Shown: piece after piece, positions 50,076 to 63,288 of the stretch
How positions within the stretch are numbered: the stretch's first letter is position 1
How the letters are laid out: each line of letters opens with the position of its first letter
Assembly (NCBI GenBank): GCA_003215315.1
Contig: QCKO01000005.1
Location: 23,813-87,812 of the forward strand
Source of the DNA: Prochlorococcus sp. AG-409-P19
GTDB lineage: Bacteria; Cyanobacteriota; Cyanobacteriia; PCC-6307; Cyanobiaceae
Length of the DNA: 64,000 nucleotides
Reading direction: 5' to 3'
Translations under genes and position numbers: made by a program
The notes under the pieces: generated by a model
The model's database searches: none
The model's input: the letters and a program-made list of their open reading frames with translations, nothing else
What the model was told of the DNA's origin: nothing

Positions 50076-52088
50076 ATGGTCGCTTCGACTACTTCTCTAG
50101 ATACCCTCTGCATTAACAGCATAAGGATGCTGGCTGTCGATGCGATTAACAAATCTAATAGTGGCCATCCAGGGCTACCAATGGGCTGCGCACCAATGGG
50201 TTATGCGCTCTGGGACCATCATTTAAAACACAATCCAAAAAACCCAAAATGGTTTAATCGAGATCGTTTTGTCCTGTCTGCAGGACATGGTTGCATGCTC
50301 TTGTATGCATTACTTCATTTAACAGGTTACGACTCAGTAAGCATTGAAGACATTAAACAATTTCGTCAATGGGGAGCAAGAACACCTGGTCATCCAGAAA
50401 CTTTTGAAACTGCTGGTGTTGAAGTAACTGCTGGGCCATTAGGAGCTGGCATTTCCAATGCAGTTGGTTTAGCTATTGCAGAAGCTCATCTAGCTGCAAA
50501 ATTCAACAAATCTGATTCAACACTTGTTGATCACTACACATACGTGATCATGGGTGATGGTTGTAATCAAGAAGGTATAGCCTCAGAAGCTTGTTCTCTT
50601 GCAGGTCATCTCAAACTAGGCAAACTTATTGCTCTATATGATGACAATCACATCACCATAGATGGAAGAACAGATGTCTCATTCACTGAAGATGTTTTAA
50701 AGCGATATGAAGCATATGGATGGCATGTTCAACATGTAGAAGATGGAAACACCGATGTTGATGGCATCTCAAAAGCTATTGCAAATGCAAAATCGGTAAC
50801 TGATAAACCTTCAATCATTAAAATAACCACCACAATTGGATATGGATCGCCCAACAAGAGTGATACAGCAGGGATTCATGGTGCTGCTCTGGGAGAAGAA
50901 GAAGCAGCGTTAACCAGAAAGCAACTTGGATGGGATTATGAACCTTTCAAAATCCCTCAAGATGCTTATGATCAATACCGTCAAGCCATTACAAAAGGAC
51001 AAGATCTAGAAGAGAAATGGAATGCAACACTGGCTAATTATCGAGTTAAATATCCTAAAGAAGCAAAAGAATTTGAACGGATGTTAAGAGGAGAGCTCCC
51101 TCAAGGTTGGGATAAGGATTTGCCTTCATACACAAATAATGACAAAGGTTTGGCAACAAGAAAACACTCTCAAATATGCCTAGGTGCATTAGGTCCAAAT
51201 CTACCTGAGCTTATTGGAGGATCTGCAGATTTAACTCACTCAAATTACACAGACATAAAAGGTGAAACAGGCTCATTTCAGCATGAAACCCCTGAAAAAC
51301 GTTATCTCCACTTTGGAGTTCGTGAACATGCAATGGCAGCCATTCTTAATGGAATCGCATATCACGATAGTGGGTTAATACCTTATGGCGGCACATTCCT
51401 AGTTTTTGCGGACTATATGAGAGGCTCTATGCGTCTATCCGCTTTAAGCGAATTAGGCGTCATTTATGTTTTAACTCATGATTCAATAGGAGTTGGAGAA
51501 GATGGACCAACACACCAACCTATCGAAACCATTCCATCCTTACGAGCAATGCCCAATATGTTAGTTTTTCGTCCCGGTGATGGAAATGAAACTACTGGAG
51601 CTTACAAAGTTGCTATTCAAAATCGTAAACGCCCTAGCTCACTATGCTTAAGCAGACAAGGAATGGCAAATCAAGCCAATTCATCAATTGATAAAGTTGA
51701 GTTAGGAGGATATGTAATCGAAGATTGTGAAGGAACACCTGAGCTAATTCTGATTGGTACTGGAACAGAACTAGATTTGTGCATACAAGCCGCTAAAGAA
51801 TTGAGCGCAGAAGGTAAAAAAATCAGAGTAGTATCAATGCCCTGCGTAGAACTATTTGAAGAACAAAGTGCTAGTTATAAAGAACAGGTTTTACCATCTA
51901 AAATAAGAAAAAGATTGGTCGTTGAAGCTGCTGAATCCTTTGGCTGGCACAAATATATTGGACTAGATGGAGACAGTGTCACAATGAATAGCTTCGGAGC
52001 ATCTGCACCAGGTGGTTTATGTATGGAAAAATTTGGATTTACAGTATCTAATGTTCTAGAAAAATCTAGAAATTTATTAAATCAATAA
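50076..52088 (+). CDS. tkt: Transketolase
   Basis: [50 protein letters not shown]. Confidence 0.98.
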   Translation: MVASTTSLDTLCINSIRMLAVDAINKSNSGHPGLPMGCAPMGYALWDHHLKHNPKNPKWFNRDRFVLSAGHGCMLLYALLHLTGYDSVSIEDIKQFRQWGARTPGHPETFETAGVEVTAGPLGAGISNAVGLAIAEAHLAAKFNKSDSTLVDHYTYVIMGDGCNQEGIASEACSLAGHLKLGKLIALYDDNHITIDGRTDVSFTEDVLKRYEAYGWHVQHVEDGNTDVDGISKAIANAKSVTDKPSIIKITTTIGYGSPNKSDTAGIHGAALGEEEAALTRKQLGWDYEPFKIPQDAYDQYRQAITKGQDLEEKWNATLANYRVKYPKEAKEFERMLRGELPQGWDKDLPSYTNNDKGLATRKHSQICLGALGPNLPELIGGSADLTHSNYTDIKGETGSFQHETPEKRYLHFGVREHAMAAILNGIAYHDSGLIPYGGTFLVFADYMRGSMRLSALSELGVIYVLTHDSIGVGEDGPTHQPIETIPSLRAMPNMLVFRPGDGNETTGAYKVAIQNRKRPSSLCLSRQGMANQANSSIDKVELGGYVIEDCEGTPELILIGTGTELDLCIQAAKELSAEGKKIRVVSMPCVELFEEQSASYKEQVLPSKIRKRLVVEAAESFGWHKYIGLDGDSVTMNSFGASAPGGLCMEKFGFTVSNVLEKSRNLLNQ

Positions 52089-52094
52089 CCACAA

Positions 52095-52139
52095 TAAATT
52101 ATATAAATGAGTCTATAATTATAGACTCATTTATATAAT

Positions 52140-52142
<3 letters not shown>
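52095..52142. terminator. Perfect 48-bp palindrome between convergent tkt and thiC (likely bidirectional terminator)
   Basis: TAAATTATATAAATGAGTCTATAA|TTATAGACTCATTTATATAATTTA, checked base by base; no spacer. Confidence 0.75.
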
Positions 52143-53558
<1,416 letters not shown>

Positions 53559-53599
53559 TTAAACCAGAGGGGTAAACAAAACCATAAGATCACTCTTGC

Positions 53600-53690
53600 T
53601 CACTTTCCTTCGCCGGCATAATCCAGATCAGGTTCAGAGGGTGTGATCTCAGCCAGGAAAAGTAAAAAATTTTCCTGGCACCCCTAGTGA
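53600..53690 (-). promoter_or_regulatory. TPP riboswitch upstream of thiC
   Basis: Reverse strand reads TCACTAGGGGTGCC...GGCTGAGATCACACCCTCTGAACCTGATCTGGATTATGCCGGCGAAGGAAAGTGA, matching the THI-box core. Confidence 0.95.
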
Positions 53691-53762
53691 TTTACTTAAA
53701 CTAGCTACATTTAAAAATTAAGCTCTAAAGTATGTAATGAAAGTTTTCGAAAACTTTAAAAA

Positions 53763-53984
53763 TCAATAATTAACAGAGTTCTTACTTTTTTTGATCTCCA
53801 AAAACAACATTTTTCTCCGTTTAGATCTTCTGATCAAACCGGCAATAATTAAACCACTTCCCACGACTAACGCTGGTACAGACTGTAATCTATCCCGTCC
53901 TTGACGATGAAGTATTCCTAACAGTGCCAACAAAATCAACATTGGAGCTGCAAAAGACAGTAAAGGATTACCGAAACGTCTCAT
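53763..53984 (-). CDS. DUF3188-like small membrane protein
   Basis: LLS.AAPMLILLA...RQGRDRLQ.VPAL.VG.GL. ATG at 53984 overlaps the upstream TGA. Confidence 0.75.
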   Translation of the reverse strand: MRRFGNPLLSFAAPMLILLALLGILHRQGRDRLQSVPALVVGSGLIIAGLIRRSKRRKMLFLEIKKSKNSVNY

Positions 53985-55174
53985 AATTCTTTGTTGTTTG
54001 TTCCTGTATGATTTTGCATCCACGTAAAAATAGTTTTACTGAGAATTTTGATACCTATTTCTAGACTAGATTCATTTAGGGCAAAATATCCATTATGAAG
54101 CGGTGCACAACCATTATCTCCTGCTACGCCAAGACGAAACATTGTTCCTGGAACATCCTGTAAAAGAAAAGCAAAATCTTCTGCTCCTAAAGATGGTTTA
54201 TTTAAAAAAACAATATTTTCTTCACCAATACAAGACTCTGAACATTTAACAAGCAAGTTTGTAAGCTTCTCATCATTATTAACTGATGGTGCTATTGAAC
54301 GGAATTTAACAACAGCACGAGCACCATATGTTGAAGCAATATTCTGTACATTTTTCTCTATCCATGAAGGAAGTCTTTCATACAACTCAGGGTCTAGACA
54401 TCTAACGGTTCCTAACAGCTTTACTCGCTGAGCAATAATATTAAACGCACTGCCACCAGTAATTTTACCAAAACTAATTACCACAGGATTTAAGGCATCA
54501 AGTCGACGACTGATAGCTTCTTGCAAACCACTTATAACTTTCGCGGCAATCCAAATTGAATCAACGGCCTCATGAGGTCTAGCCCCATGGCCTTCCTCTC
54601 CAAGAATTTCGATATCTAATTGACCTGCGGCTGCCGTAAATATTCCACTTTTAATTCCAATTTTTCCTACGGGCAAATCAGGCAAAGAATGTACACCAAA
54701 CAACGCATGCATTCCTTTGGTTGCACCATCACTTCTCATCCAATTAGCACCCTTAGCAATTTCTTCCGCAGGCTGAAATATAACTCTTACTCCTACTGAA
54801 AGATCATTTTCTAATGCTATGAGTCTGGCCACACCAAGGCCAATGCAAGCATGCAAATCATGCCCACATGCATGCATCACACCTTCTTGCACTGAAGAGT
54901 ATTCCAATCCTGTTTTTTCTTCTATAGGTAAAGCATCCATATCAACTCTCAAACCAACAATGGGACCATCTTGATTACCTAAGTTTCCAACAACCCCTGT
55001 GCCACCAATTGCCTCCTCTACATGCCAGCCATACTTTCTCAATTCACCGGCAACCAAGGCAGCAGTTTGATATTCATGACCACTTAATTCAGGATGAGCA
55101 TGTAGATGTCTTCTGAGATCCAATAACTCTGGCAAAAATTGTGAAATAGCATTATCTAAGTTATCAATCATCAT
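53981..55174 (-). CDS. M20 family amidohydrolase
   Basis: RRHLHAHPELS, RVDMDALP, MHACGHD, FQPAEE, GHGARPH, AEDF, LH. Confidence 0.94.
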   Translation of the reverse strand: MMIDNLDNAISQFLPELLDLRRHLHAHPELSGHEYQTAALVAGELRKYGWHVEEAIGGTGVVGNLGNQDGPIVGLRVDMDALPIEEKTGLEYSSVQEGVMHACGHDLHACIGLGVARLIALENDLSVGVRVIFQPAEEIAKGANWMRSDGATKGMHALFGVHSLPDLPVGKIGIKSGIFTAAAGQLDIEILGEEGHGARPHEAVDSIWIAAKVISGLQEAISRRLDALNPVVISFGKITGGSAFNIIAQRVKLLGTVRCLDPELYERLPSWIEKNVQNIASTYGARAVVKFRSIAPSVNNDEKLTNLLVKCSESCIGEENIVFLNKPSLGAEDFAFLLQDVPGTMFRLGVAGDNGCAPLHNGYFALNESSLEIGIKILSKTIFTWMQNHTGTNNKEL

Positions 55175-55965
55175 TCTCGTTCCAAAGAAAGAAAAGCCAT
55201 CAAATCATCAATAGGTTTAGGAGGCCACCGACGAACATTTAGTAGCCAATCTGCCTCTCGATATCGAATATCTAGACCTGCAACAGCTACCCAATTACTC
55301 TCTGCTTCTCCTAAAGAACCTTTGCGCCAAAGTAAAGCACTTAAAGCAGCCCGTGCATCAGCAAACATTGGATATTTACGAATTAACTTTCTTAATTCAA
55401 GTTCAGCCAAGTCAAACTCTCCTAATTGATATTGAGCCAGCGCCTCGCTAGCACTAGCCATTACAAAACCAACTTGAACATTAGACGCCTTAGCATATAA
55501 AGCTTCTGCTTTAGACCAATTACCCAACGAACCCATAACATTTCCCAAGTTATATAACGCTGAAACATCTGTAGGATTACGTTCCAAAATCCATTGATAA
55601 TCGTTAATAGCATCGTCCCATAATTTTAAAGACTCTTCAGCAATTCCCCGATTTAAATGAGGGTCAGGATCTTGAGGTTCTAACTTAATAGCCTTTGTTT
55701 GATCTGCAATAGCAGACTTTGCCTTACCCATTGCCAGAAGAACATTCCCCCTATTGCTTAAAGCTGCTGGAGAATCAGGAAAGATATCTAAGAATTGATT
55801 CCAATCGCTCAAGGCCTTCTCAAAATTTCCTTGTTTACTCTCTTGGAAAGCTTGCTCAAACAATGCCTGATCAAATTCCTGTGCATTTATAGGACTAATA
55901 AATACAAATAGAAAAATCATTGCACATAATAAAAAAATATTATTTCTAATATTTATGAAATTCAT
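55171..55965 (-). CDS. Tetratricopeptide repeat protein (exported)
   Basis: Signal-like N-terminus, repeated A..NRG/NLG TPR units, C-terminal YP.FADARAAL...RRWPP. Confidence 0.88.
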   Translation of the reverse strand: MNFINIRNNIFLLCAMIFLFVFISPINAQEFDQALFEQAFQESKQGNFEKALSDWNQFLDIFPDSPAALSNRGNVLLAMGKAKSAIADQTKAIKLEPQDPDPHLNRGIAEESLKLWDDAINDYQWILERNPTDVSALYNLGNVMGSLGNWSKAEALYAKASNVQVGFVMASASEALAQYQLGEFDLAELELRKLIRKYPMFADARAALSALLWRKGSLGEAESNWVAVAGLDIRYREADWLLNVRRWPPKPIDDLMAFLSLERE

Positions 55966-55971
55966 AACTAA

Positions 55972-57018
55972 TTAGACTTGCAAATGCTTCTTAGCTGCGT
56001 GAGTAACGACTCTTCCTCTAGGAGTTCTTTGTAAAAAGCCTATTTGCAATAAGAACGGTTCAACCACTGATTCCAATGTGGCAGGATCTTCACCTAATGC
56101 AGCCGCCAAAGGTTCAAGTCCTACAGGCCCTCCATTATGCAAATCAATTAATGATTTTAAAAATCTTCTATCCGATGCATCTAAACCTTTGTGATCTACA
56201 CGATGCAGAGCCAAAGCTTCATCTACTATTTTCTCATCAATTGTTGTCATATTTCCTTGTACAGTTGCAAAGTCTCTTACTCTTCTGAGAAGTCTATTAG
56301 CAATTCTAGGTGTCCCTCTACATCTACATCCTATCTGATAACTTGCTTCTAAAGTAATAGAAACTCCTATTAGGTCAGCAGTTCTTTGAACAATGGTTTG
56401 GAGATCTTTAGCATTATAAAATTCTAATCTTTGAGTTATTCCGAATCGATCTCGCATCGGTGAACTTATTGATGCAGGCTTAGTTGTAGCTCCCACCATA
56501 GTAAAGGGAGGCAGACTAATTGATCGAATTTTGGCAGTACTTCCCTTCCCAATAGTGAGGTCTAATCTTCTATCTTCCATGGCTGGATATAACAGTTCCT
56601 CTGCAATTCGATTAAGTCTATGAATCTCATCAATAAAAATTAATTCACGTGGCTGAAGGTTAACTAATAAGCCAACAATATCTCTAGGGCGCTCAAGAGC
56701 TGGTGCACTAGTCACACGACATTTAACACCTAATTCTTCAGCAATAATCATCGACATAGTTGTTTTCCCTAAGCCAGGGGGGCCATAAAACAACAAATGA
56801 TCTAATGCTTCACCTCTAGCTAAAGCAGCTTTAACTGATATTCCCAGAATCTCCTTCAAATCAAGCTGACCAATAAAATCATCAAAGGTTCTTGGTCTTA
56901 ATGAATCATCCTTCGTTAAAGGAACTTCCTCAGTCAACAAATTTGCATTAACCAGCCTTTCTCTCCGTTGTTTCTTAGGAGATTCAGACTCATGCTTAAT
57001 CGAAGATACAATTGCCAT
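55972..57018 (-). CDS. ruvB: Holliday junction branch migration helicase RuvB
   Basis: [55 protein letters not shown]. Confidence 0.97.
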   Translation of the reverse strand: MAIVSSIKHESESPKKQRRERLVNANLLTEEVPLTKDDSLRPRTFDDFIGQLDLKEILGISVKAALARGEALDHLLFYGPPGLGKTTMSMIIAEELGVKCRVTSAPALERPRDIVGLLVNLQPRELIFIDEIHRLNRIAEELLYPAMEDRRLDLTIGKGSTAKIRSISLPPFTMVGATTKPASISSPMRDRFGITQRLEFYNAKDLQTIVQRTADLIGVSITLEASYQIGCRCRGTPRIANRLLRRVRDFATVQGNMTTIDEKIVDEALALHRVDHKGLDASDRRFLKSLIDLHNGGPVGLEPLAAALGEDPATLESVVEPFLLQIGFLQRTPRGRVVTHAAKKHLQV

Positions 57019-57068
57019 GTTGGAAGGGTAGTGTCATCTAGGCCAAATTGGAGTAAAAAGAAAAAATA

Positions 57069-57569
57069 ATGACCCCAAAAAAGAACAAAAAATCCAATAA
57101 CGATCACTCGCTCAATGGGAAAAGACGTTTAGCTGAAAATCGACAAGCAAGATATGAATACGAAATTATTGAGACACTAGAAACAGGTATTGAACTCTTA
57201 GGAACAGAAGTAAAATCAATACGAGCCGGCAAAGCTAACTTAAAAGATGGTTTTTGTTTAATTAAAAAAGGACAATTACAATTGCATAACGTTCATATCT
57301 CTCCTCATAAACAAGCCAGTGATTTCTTCAATCACGATCCATTAAGAATCAAAACTCTTCTTGCACATCGAAAAGAAATCAACAAGCTCAAAACAGGCTT
57401 AGATAAAAAAGGGCTAGCAATTATCCCATTAAGTATGCACTTAAAAGGTTCTTGGATCAAACTAATTATTGGTCTTGGTAGAGGACGTAAACTTCACGAT
57501 AAAAGGGAACAAGATAAAATCAAACAATCAAATCGTGAAGTTAAAAATGCATTAAAGAGATATCAATAA
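57069..57569 (+). CDS. smpB: SsrA-binding protein
   Basis: [37 protein letters not shown]. Confidence 0.97.
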   Translation: MTPKKNKKSNNDHSLNGKRRLAENRQARYEYEIIETLETGIELLGTEVKSIRAGKANLKDGFCLIKKGQLQLHNVHISPHKQASDFFNHDPLRIKTLLAHRKEINKLKTGLDKKGLAIIPLSMHLKGSWIKLIIGLGRGRKLHDKREQDKIKQSNREVKNALKRYQ

Positions 57570-57692
57570 TTAATTCAAGAGGCAGAATCAAAAAACCTCA
57601 TGAAATATGGATAAAATTTAAAAATCTTGATTTCAATACAAATAAGTGTAAAAAAAACGCTTAAGCAATCAAAAATCTCTTTCTATTTTTAA

Positions 57693-57947
57693 TCAAGAAG
57701 GAGGCTGAAGGCTAACTGACTCTGGAGGAGGAGTGGGATCAGGATCAGCTATAAGCATATGTTGGAGAACAATTTCTGGGCGTTCACTATCCCGCCACCT
57801 GATTCTATAAGCAGGCATTTTCGTTCCCCTACTTGTAGTTTGCTCAACTGGTTCCATAACCCAACCGCGCCTAGAACGGCCCTGAGGATTTCGCTTCACA
57901 ACCGCATCTGCGTGTTTAAAACGAAAGCCGACTCTCTCTCCACTCAT
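57693..57947 (-). CDS. Conserved hypothetical protein (small, basic, beta-rich)
   Basis: MSGERVGFRFKHADAVVKRNPQGRSRRGWV...YRIRWRDSERPE; directly downstream of lysS. Confidence 0.8.
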   Translation of the reverse strand: MSGERVGFRFKHADAVVKRNPQGRSRRGWVMEPVEQTTSRGTKMPAYRIRWRDSERPEIVLQHMLIADPDPTPPPESVSLQPPS

Positions 57948-57989
57948 CTGCAAAAAACTACTACTCGATCAATTATCCACTTTGATGGG

Positions 57990-59507
57990 TCAATTTCCAG
58001 TGTGCGAACCATTAAGTTCTGGACGAAGTAAAGGAAAAGCAATGACATCTCTTATAGATGGGCTGTCGGTGAAGAGCATTACCAATCTGTCAATCCCTAT
58101 ACCTAATCCACCTGTAGGAGGCATTCCGACCTCCAATGCATTAATAAAATCCTCATCAACTCCATTAGCTTCTAAATCCCCCGCCTGTCGACGCTCCTGC
58201 TGCAAATTCAAGCGATCCCTTTGATCAATAGGATCAATTAATTCGCTAAAAGCATTAGCAGTTTCTCGACCAGCAATAAAAAGTTCGAAACGCTCTACCA
58301 AACCTTCTTTAGATCTATGTTTCCTTGCTAATGGTGATATCTCAACTGGGTAATCCATCACAAAAGTTGGCTGTATTAATTTCGACTCAACAGCCTGCTC
58401 GAAGGCCTCATTCAACAATCTACCTACACTATCAGCCTTCTCAGGGGTCTCAAGACCAGCCTGATGCATCTGAAGAGTCGCCTGAGTTAAATCATCTCCA
58501 AATGCAAAGAAATCAATTCCAGTAGCCTCTAGAACTAGTTCATGCATTGTTGCTCTTCTCCAAGGAGGGGTTAAATCGAGTTGCACACCTTGATATGCAA
58601 TTTTGGTGGAACCACAAATCTCGCTACAAACAGATGAAATCAAGTCCTCTGTCAAATTCATCATCTCTAAATAATCAGCAAATGCCTGATATATTTCAAC
58701 TGAAGTAAATTCAGGATTATGGCGAGTGCTAATGCCCTCATTTCTAAAGATTCTGCCTAACTCATAAACCTTTTGAAAACCGCCAACAACTAATCTTTTT
58801 AAATGTAATTCTGTGGCAATTCTTAAATATAAAGGCAAATCAAGAGTGTTGTGATGAGTAATAAATGGTCGAGCCTCTGCACCTCCTGCCTCGGATTGCA
58901 AAACAGGTGTTTCAATTTCTAAAAACTCTTTATCGTCAAGCCAACGCCGAATTCCACTTACCATTAAGGCTCTTCTTCTGAAAGTCTTTCGTGATTGTGG
59001 GGTAACAATTAAATCTAAATATCTTTGTCTATATCTTTTTTCCACATCAGCAAGTCCATGCCATTTATCTGGCAAAGGTTGCAATGACTTACTCAACATT
59101 TGCCAAGAAGAAACCTTTATTGAAAGCTCTCCACGCTCAGTGCGCTTCAATGTCCCTTCTACTCCAATCCAATCACCAGAATCGACCAAAGTAGTTATGT
59201 TTTGGAAATTCGAACCTTCTTGAACTTCAGAGTTTTTATTTAATGTTGCCTTGTCGAGAAAAAGCTGAATAGAGCCACTTTCATCAGCCAATGTAAAAAA
59301 AGCTAGTTTGCCCATAACTCGCCTGGACAGAATTCTTCCTGCAATCACCACAGCGTCATTTTTTTCCTGCCCATTCAACAAATCCTTATATTCTTTTTGT
59401 AGTGATGCTGCTCTATGAGTTGGTTGAAAATTCAAGGCATAAGGACCATTTCCCAACTCTTGCAAGGCTTTAGCCTTTTCTAAGCGAGTCTCTCTTAATT
59501 CAGACAA
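57990..59507 (-). CDS. lysS: Lysine--tRNA ligase (class II)
   Basis: [65 protein letters not shown] at 59507 preferred. Confidence 0.98.
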   Translation of the reverse strand: MSELRETRLEKAKALQELGNGPYALNFQPTHRAASLQKEYKDLLNGQEKNDAVVIAGRILSRRVMGKLAFFTLADESGSIQLFLDKATLNKNSEVQEGSNFQNITTLVDSGDWIGVEGTLKRTERGELSIKVSSWQMLSKSLQPLPDKWHGLADVEKRYRQRYLDLIVTPQSRKTFRRRALMVSGIRRWLDDKEFLEIETPVLQSEAGGAEARPFITHHNTLDLPLYLRIATELHLKRLVVGGFQKVYELGRIFRNEGISTRHNPEFTSVEIYQAFADYLEMMNLTEDLISSVCSEICGSTKIAYQGVQLDLTPPWRRATMHELVLEATGIDFFAFGDDLTQATLQMHQAGLETPEKADSVGRLLNEAFEQAVESKLIQPTFVMDYPVEISPLARKHRSKEGLVERFELFIAGRETANAFSELIDPIDQRDRLNLQQERRQAGDLEANGVDEDFINALEVGMPPTGGLGIGIDRLVMLFTDSPSIRDVIAFPLLRPELNGSHTGN

Positions 59508-59576
59508 GGAACATTTTGCAAACAATCAGATTTAAGATTAGATCCAGTTCAGCAGATGATATTGATTTCAATATAT

Positions 59577-60317
59577 CTAACTAGCAATTGCACCTGGAAA
59601 TTCACCAGTCCGCTGTGAAGCATATCCAATACCTCGAACAGTAAGAATCAATTCTGGATTGCGAGGGTCAGGTTCAAGCTTCCCTCTTAAGCGAGCAACA
59701 TAAACATCCACCACTCTTAAATCTGCTGCTCTTCTAGGAGGGTAACCCCAAAGTTGCTCCAAGATCTCTGCTCTAGGTACAACACGTCCTGGGTCTCGGA
59801 ACAACAATTCCAATAAACTAAATTCTGTATAAGTCAGTCCTATACGATCTCCTGCACGACTAACTTGCCGTCTGTTTGTATCAACAACTAGATCTCCAAG
59901 CTTCATAACACCTTGTCCTGAAGGGACTTCTCTTGTCTCAGTCACAGAAGGTACTGGGCCAACTCTCCTCAAAATTGTTGCTATTCTTGCCTCTAATTCC
60001 TTAGGGCTAAAAGGCTTGGCAAGGTAATCATCTGCACCTAGATCTAACCCAGCCACTCTTTCAGAGATAGCTTCTAAAGCAGTCAGAAAAATAATTGGGA
60101 CACATGACTCAGCTCTGATTCTTCGACAGACAGCAAAGCCATCCATTTTTGGAAGCATTACATCGAGAACAATCAGATCAGGTGCTTCTCTATGAAACAC
60201 CTCCAAAGCTTGCTCACCGTCTTGAGCTGATACAACCTGATAGCCAGCAAGATTAAGCCTTGTAACCAAGACCTTAAGCACTGCTGGCTCATCATCTACA
60301 ACCAAAATGGAGGTCAT
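59577..60317 (-). CDS. srrA: OmpR-family response regulator, RpaB paralog (SrrA-like)
   Basis: ILVVDDE, LDVMLP, KPFSPKEL and a wHTH domain ending LEPDPRNPELILTVRGIGY. The position between mreD and lysS and divergence from canonical RpaB suggest SrrA. ATG at 60317. Confidence 0.8.
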   Translation of the reverse strand: MTSILVVDDEPAVLKVLVTRLNLAGYQVVSAQDGEQALEVFHREAPDLIVLDVMLPKMDGFAVCRRIRAESCVPIIFLTALEAISERVAGLDLGADDYLAKPFSPKELEARIATILRRVGPVPSVTETREVPSGQGVMKLGDLVVDTNRRQVSRAGDRIGLTYTEFSLLELLFRDPGRVVPRAEILEQLWGYPPRRAADLRVVDVYVARLRGKLEPDPRNPELILTVRGIGYASQRTGEFPGAIAS

Positions 60318-60487
60318 GAGATTAGATGTCGCCTTTGAAACAGAGCCATTAATAATTTGATGCAGTAATGGACTCTCCTTGAAAATGAATAGTTCACATC
60401 CAAGGCTAGTAACCATAACCTCTCGACCCAATCTAAAAGACAAGGAGGCAAGCAATAAATAAGTATTTTTTCGAATTTTTTAAGATT

Positions 60488-60991
60488 TCAAATTGTTTTA
60501 TAATGTTTAGTTTTCCATGCAACCACTAGCCATGAACAGAGAAGTGGAGCAATTAAGCCAGTAATTAAGGATTGCGCGAGCAAAGTATGAATAGCAGAAG
60601 CATTGAACCAGTAAAATGAGGAAAAGGAATGAAATATCAATTTCTGAGCCCACAATGAGCAACCAACAAGAAGAGTACCTACTAGAGCAAGAAACCCATA
60701 ATTGAAAGATGGTTCCAATTTTTCATGCTTTCTACCAAGTCGACCCCAGCAAAAACCAAGAATCACGAAAGAGGGCAAGTAACTTGCGTCGCCAAGGGTT
60801 AATGAATCCGCAATCAAACCTATACTTACTGCCGCAAGCACTCCCCAAGTAGAACCAAATTTCAAAGAGAAAGGTAACATCCAAATAATTGGCCAGCATG
60901 GTCCTACTCCCTGAATTTTGAGCCAATTAGGTGATAAAAGTATCAAAAATGGAATGCAAATAAAAGAACAAAAAATACGAAAATTTCTCAT
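60488..60991 (-). CDS. mreD: Rod shape-determining protein MreD
   Basis: Hydrophobic multi-TM ORF coupled to mreC. Confidence 0.8.
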   Translation of the reverse strand: MRNFRIFCSFICIPFLILLSPNWLKIQGVGPCWPIIWMLPFSLKFGSTWGVLAAVSIGLIADSLTLGDASYLPSFVILGFCWGRLGRKHEKLEPSFNYGFLALVGTLLVGCSLWAQKLIFHSFSSFYWFNASAIHTLLAQSLITGLIAPLLCSWLVVAWKTKHYKTI

Positions 60992-61734
60992 AGTTTTTTC
61001 AGCACTTGAACCCAGTCAATAGCTTCAGGAGATGCATTTAATTGAACTATTGCAGAAGGAGACGGTAAGAATTTATTGTTAATAACTTTAATAGTTCCAA
61101 TTGGCAAGTTAGGTGGTAGTAATGTACTCGCTGGTGATGTAACAACAAAATCTCCCACTTCGGCATTGCTATCTTTATCAAAGAAAGTTAATTTGGGTCT
61201 ATTCGTACCTAATCCAATTAATATTCCATGGCGCTTTGCACCTAAAACCCACGCACCAACTTTACTCCCTGGAGATGTTAGTAACTGCACTCTAGATGTA
61301 AAAAAAGAAGTGCTATCAATAAGTCCTAATAAACCTCCTGGTCCAATTACTGCATCACCTATTTCTATTCCATCTTTTTTACCTTTATTTAATTCTAATT
61401 GATGCCACCAACCTTTAGAAGAACGTGATATTACAGCTGCTGAAATACGATCAGTTCCTGATGAACTTTTAAGAGCAAGGATTTCTCTAAGTCTTTTATT
61501 ATCTTCTTCTAAGGATTGCAGTCTGATGTCATGCTCAAAGTAATTAGCTTTTACAAGCCATTCTCTTTGGGCAGGTCCAGGCCATAAAGGTCTGGTCAAA
61601 AGACTATAAAAATCAAGAAAAACAGATCCTTTCGTGAAACGTATAAAATACACGACTAAAAAAAATACTAATAACGACCAAAACTTACCTTTGTATAACC
61701 AACGAAATCTTATTTTTGAAAATAGATTACTCAT
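60988..61734 (-). CDS. mreC: Rod shape-determining protein MreC
   Basis: TM helix, coiled coil LEEDNKRLREIL, AAVISR, LNKG..DG, GLLG, GD.VVTS. Confidence 0.92.
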   Translation of the reverse strand: MSNLFSKIRFRWLYKGKFWSLLVFFLVVYFIRFTKGSVFLDFYSLLTRPLWPGPAQREWLVKANYFEHDIRLQSLEEDNKRLREILALKSSSGTDRISAAVISRSSKGWWHQLELNKGKKDGIEIGDAVIGPGGLLGLIDSTSFFTSRVQLLTSPGSKVGAWVLGAKRHGILIGLGTNRPKLTFFDKDSNAEVGDFVVTSPASTLLPPNLPIGTIKVINNKFLPSPSAIVQLNASPEAIDWVQVLKKL

Positions 61735-61738
61735 AGAG

Positions 61739-62791
61739 TTAATCCCTAAGAGCATTCCTAGCAAAATCTGGTGTATCTAAAACTCTTCTCAAATGCTTAA
61801 AATCATCAAGCACTTGACCACATCCATTTACAACACATAGCAAAGGGTCTTCTGCAACGTGAGTAAAGATTCCAGTTTCGTGGCTCAGCAGATCACTTAT
61901 CCCTCTTACTAAAGCGCCTCCCCCAGCAAGCATTATTCCTCTATCAACAATATCTGCAGCTAATTCTGGTGGTGTTCTCTCCAAAGTCCTTTTGACGGCA
62001 TCAACAATCTTATTAAGAGGTTCCGCCATGGCTTCTCTTAGTTCCCCTGCCTTCAAATTGATTGATCTTGGCAAACCAGAAAGCAAATGCAAACCTCTAA
62101 CATCAATAGATTGCAAATCAAAGTCATTAGAAGGAAATGCCGAGCCTATTTTAATTTTGATATCTTCAGCAGTTCTTTCTCCTACGACTAAATTATGAAC
62201 TTTTTTCAAATAAAGAGCTATTGAATCATTTATTTCATCGCCAGCGACGCGAACAGATTCACTGAGAACGGTCCCCCCCAGGCTTAGCACTGCCACTTCT
62301 GTTGTACCTCCGCCAATGTCAACAATCATTGTTCCTATGGGTTCAGTAACTGGAAGGGAAGCTCCAATCGCTGCCGCTACAGGTTCATCAATTAAATGGA
62401 CTTCTCTAGCTCCCGCCAAGCCAGCTTCTCGCACAGCCCTCCTTTCTACCCCTGTTACACCACTGGGGATACCAATGACCAATCGAGGAGAAATAATTCC
62501 TCTTCCCTCATTACATTTTTGAATAAAAGTTTTAAGCATTTGCTCAGCTGCATCAAAATCTGCAATCACTCCATCTCGTAAAGGTCGCACTGCCCTTATA
62601 TTTCCAGGTGTCCGACCTAACATAAGTTTGGCATCGTTACCCACTGCTAACGGGATACCATCCTCTAGATCCATAGCAACAACTGATGGTTCTTGCAGAA
62701 CAATCCCCTTGCCGGAAACATAGATCAAGGTATTAGCTGTCCCAAGATCAATGCCAATATCTCGGGATAATTTGAAACGACTAAAAAACAC
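61739..62791 (-). CDS. mreB: Actin-like rod shape-determining protein MreB
   Basis: IGIDLGTANT, RPLRDGVIAD, EPVAAAIGA, DIGGGTTE, AGGGAL. Confidence 0.98.
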   Translation of the reverse strand: MFFSRFKLSRDIGIDLGTANTLIYVSGKGIVLQEPSVVAMDLEDGIPLAVGNDAKLMLGRTPGNIRAVRPLRDGVIADFDAAEQMLKTFIQKCNEGRGIISPRLVIGIPSGVTGVERRAVREAGLAGAREVHLIDEPVAAAIGASLPVTEPIGTMIVDIGGGTTEVAVLSLGGTVLSESVRVAGDEINDSIALYLKKVHNLVVGERTAEDIKIKIGSAFPSNDFDLQSIDVRGLHLLSGLPRSINLKAGELREAMAEPLNKIVDAVKRTLERTPPELAADIVDRGIMLAGGGALVRGISDLLSHETGIFTHVAEDPLLCVVNGCGQVLDDFKHLRRVLDTPDFARNALRD

Positions 62792-62877
62792 GGATTTCGA
62801 TCATTTTGCGAATCATAAAGACAGTCCAATTAAGATTGAATCATTATTTAGCAACCAATAAACATTGGGAGTCATCC

Positions 62878-63267
62878 ATGAGCGTTAATTCAGTTACTCT
62901 TGTTGGAAGAGCAGGCCGAGATCCTGAAGTTCGATATTTCGAGTCTGGCACGGTCGTTGCGAATCTCACACTCGCTGTAAATAGAAGAAGCAAAGAGGAT
63001 GAGCCAGATTGGTTTAATTTAGAAATTTGGGGAAAACAAGCTCAGGTAGCAGCTGATTATGTAAAAAAAGGATCTTTAATTGGCATCACCGGTAGTTTCA
63101 AATTAGACACTTGGAAAGATCGAAATACGGGAGAAACTCGCAATAAGCCAGTGGTACGTGTAGACCGACTTGAGTTACTTGGATCGCGAAAAGATAGTGA
63201 AATGAGTAATCCACAAAATCAATCTAATTATTCATCCAGACAAACTGACGAAGAAATTCCCTTCTAA
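62878..63267 (+). CDS. ssb: Single-stranded DNA-binding protein
   Basis: N.VTLVGRAGRDPEVRY, WGKQA, KG.LI, acidic tip DEEIPF. ATG at 62878. Confidence 0.96.
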   Translation: MSVNSVTLVGRAGRDPEVRYFESGTVVANLTLAVNRRSKEDEPDWFNLEIWGKQAQVAADYVKKGSLIGITGSFKLDTWKDRNTGETRNKPVVRVDRLELLGSRKDSEMSNPQNQSNYSSRQTDEEIPF

Positions 63268-63288
63268 ATAAGTCTTTACTTTAGAAAA

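Noticed and set aside
60318-60455. 46-aa N-terminal extension of the response regulator; naming it rpaB
   Set aside because: The receiver domain starts at ATG 60317. The sequence and position next to lysS and mreD fit the paralog SrrA better than canonical RpaB.
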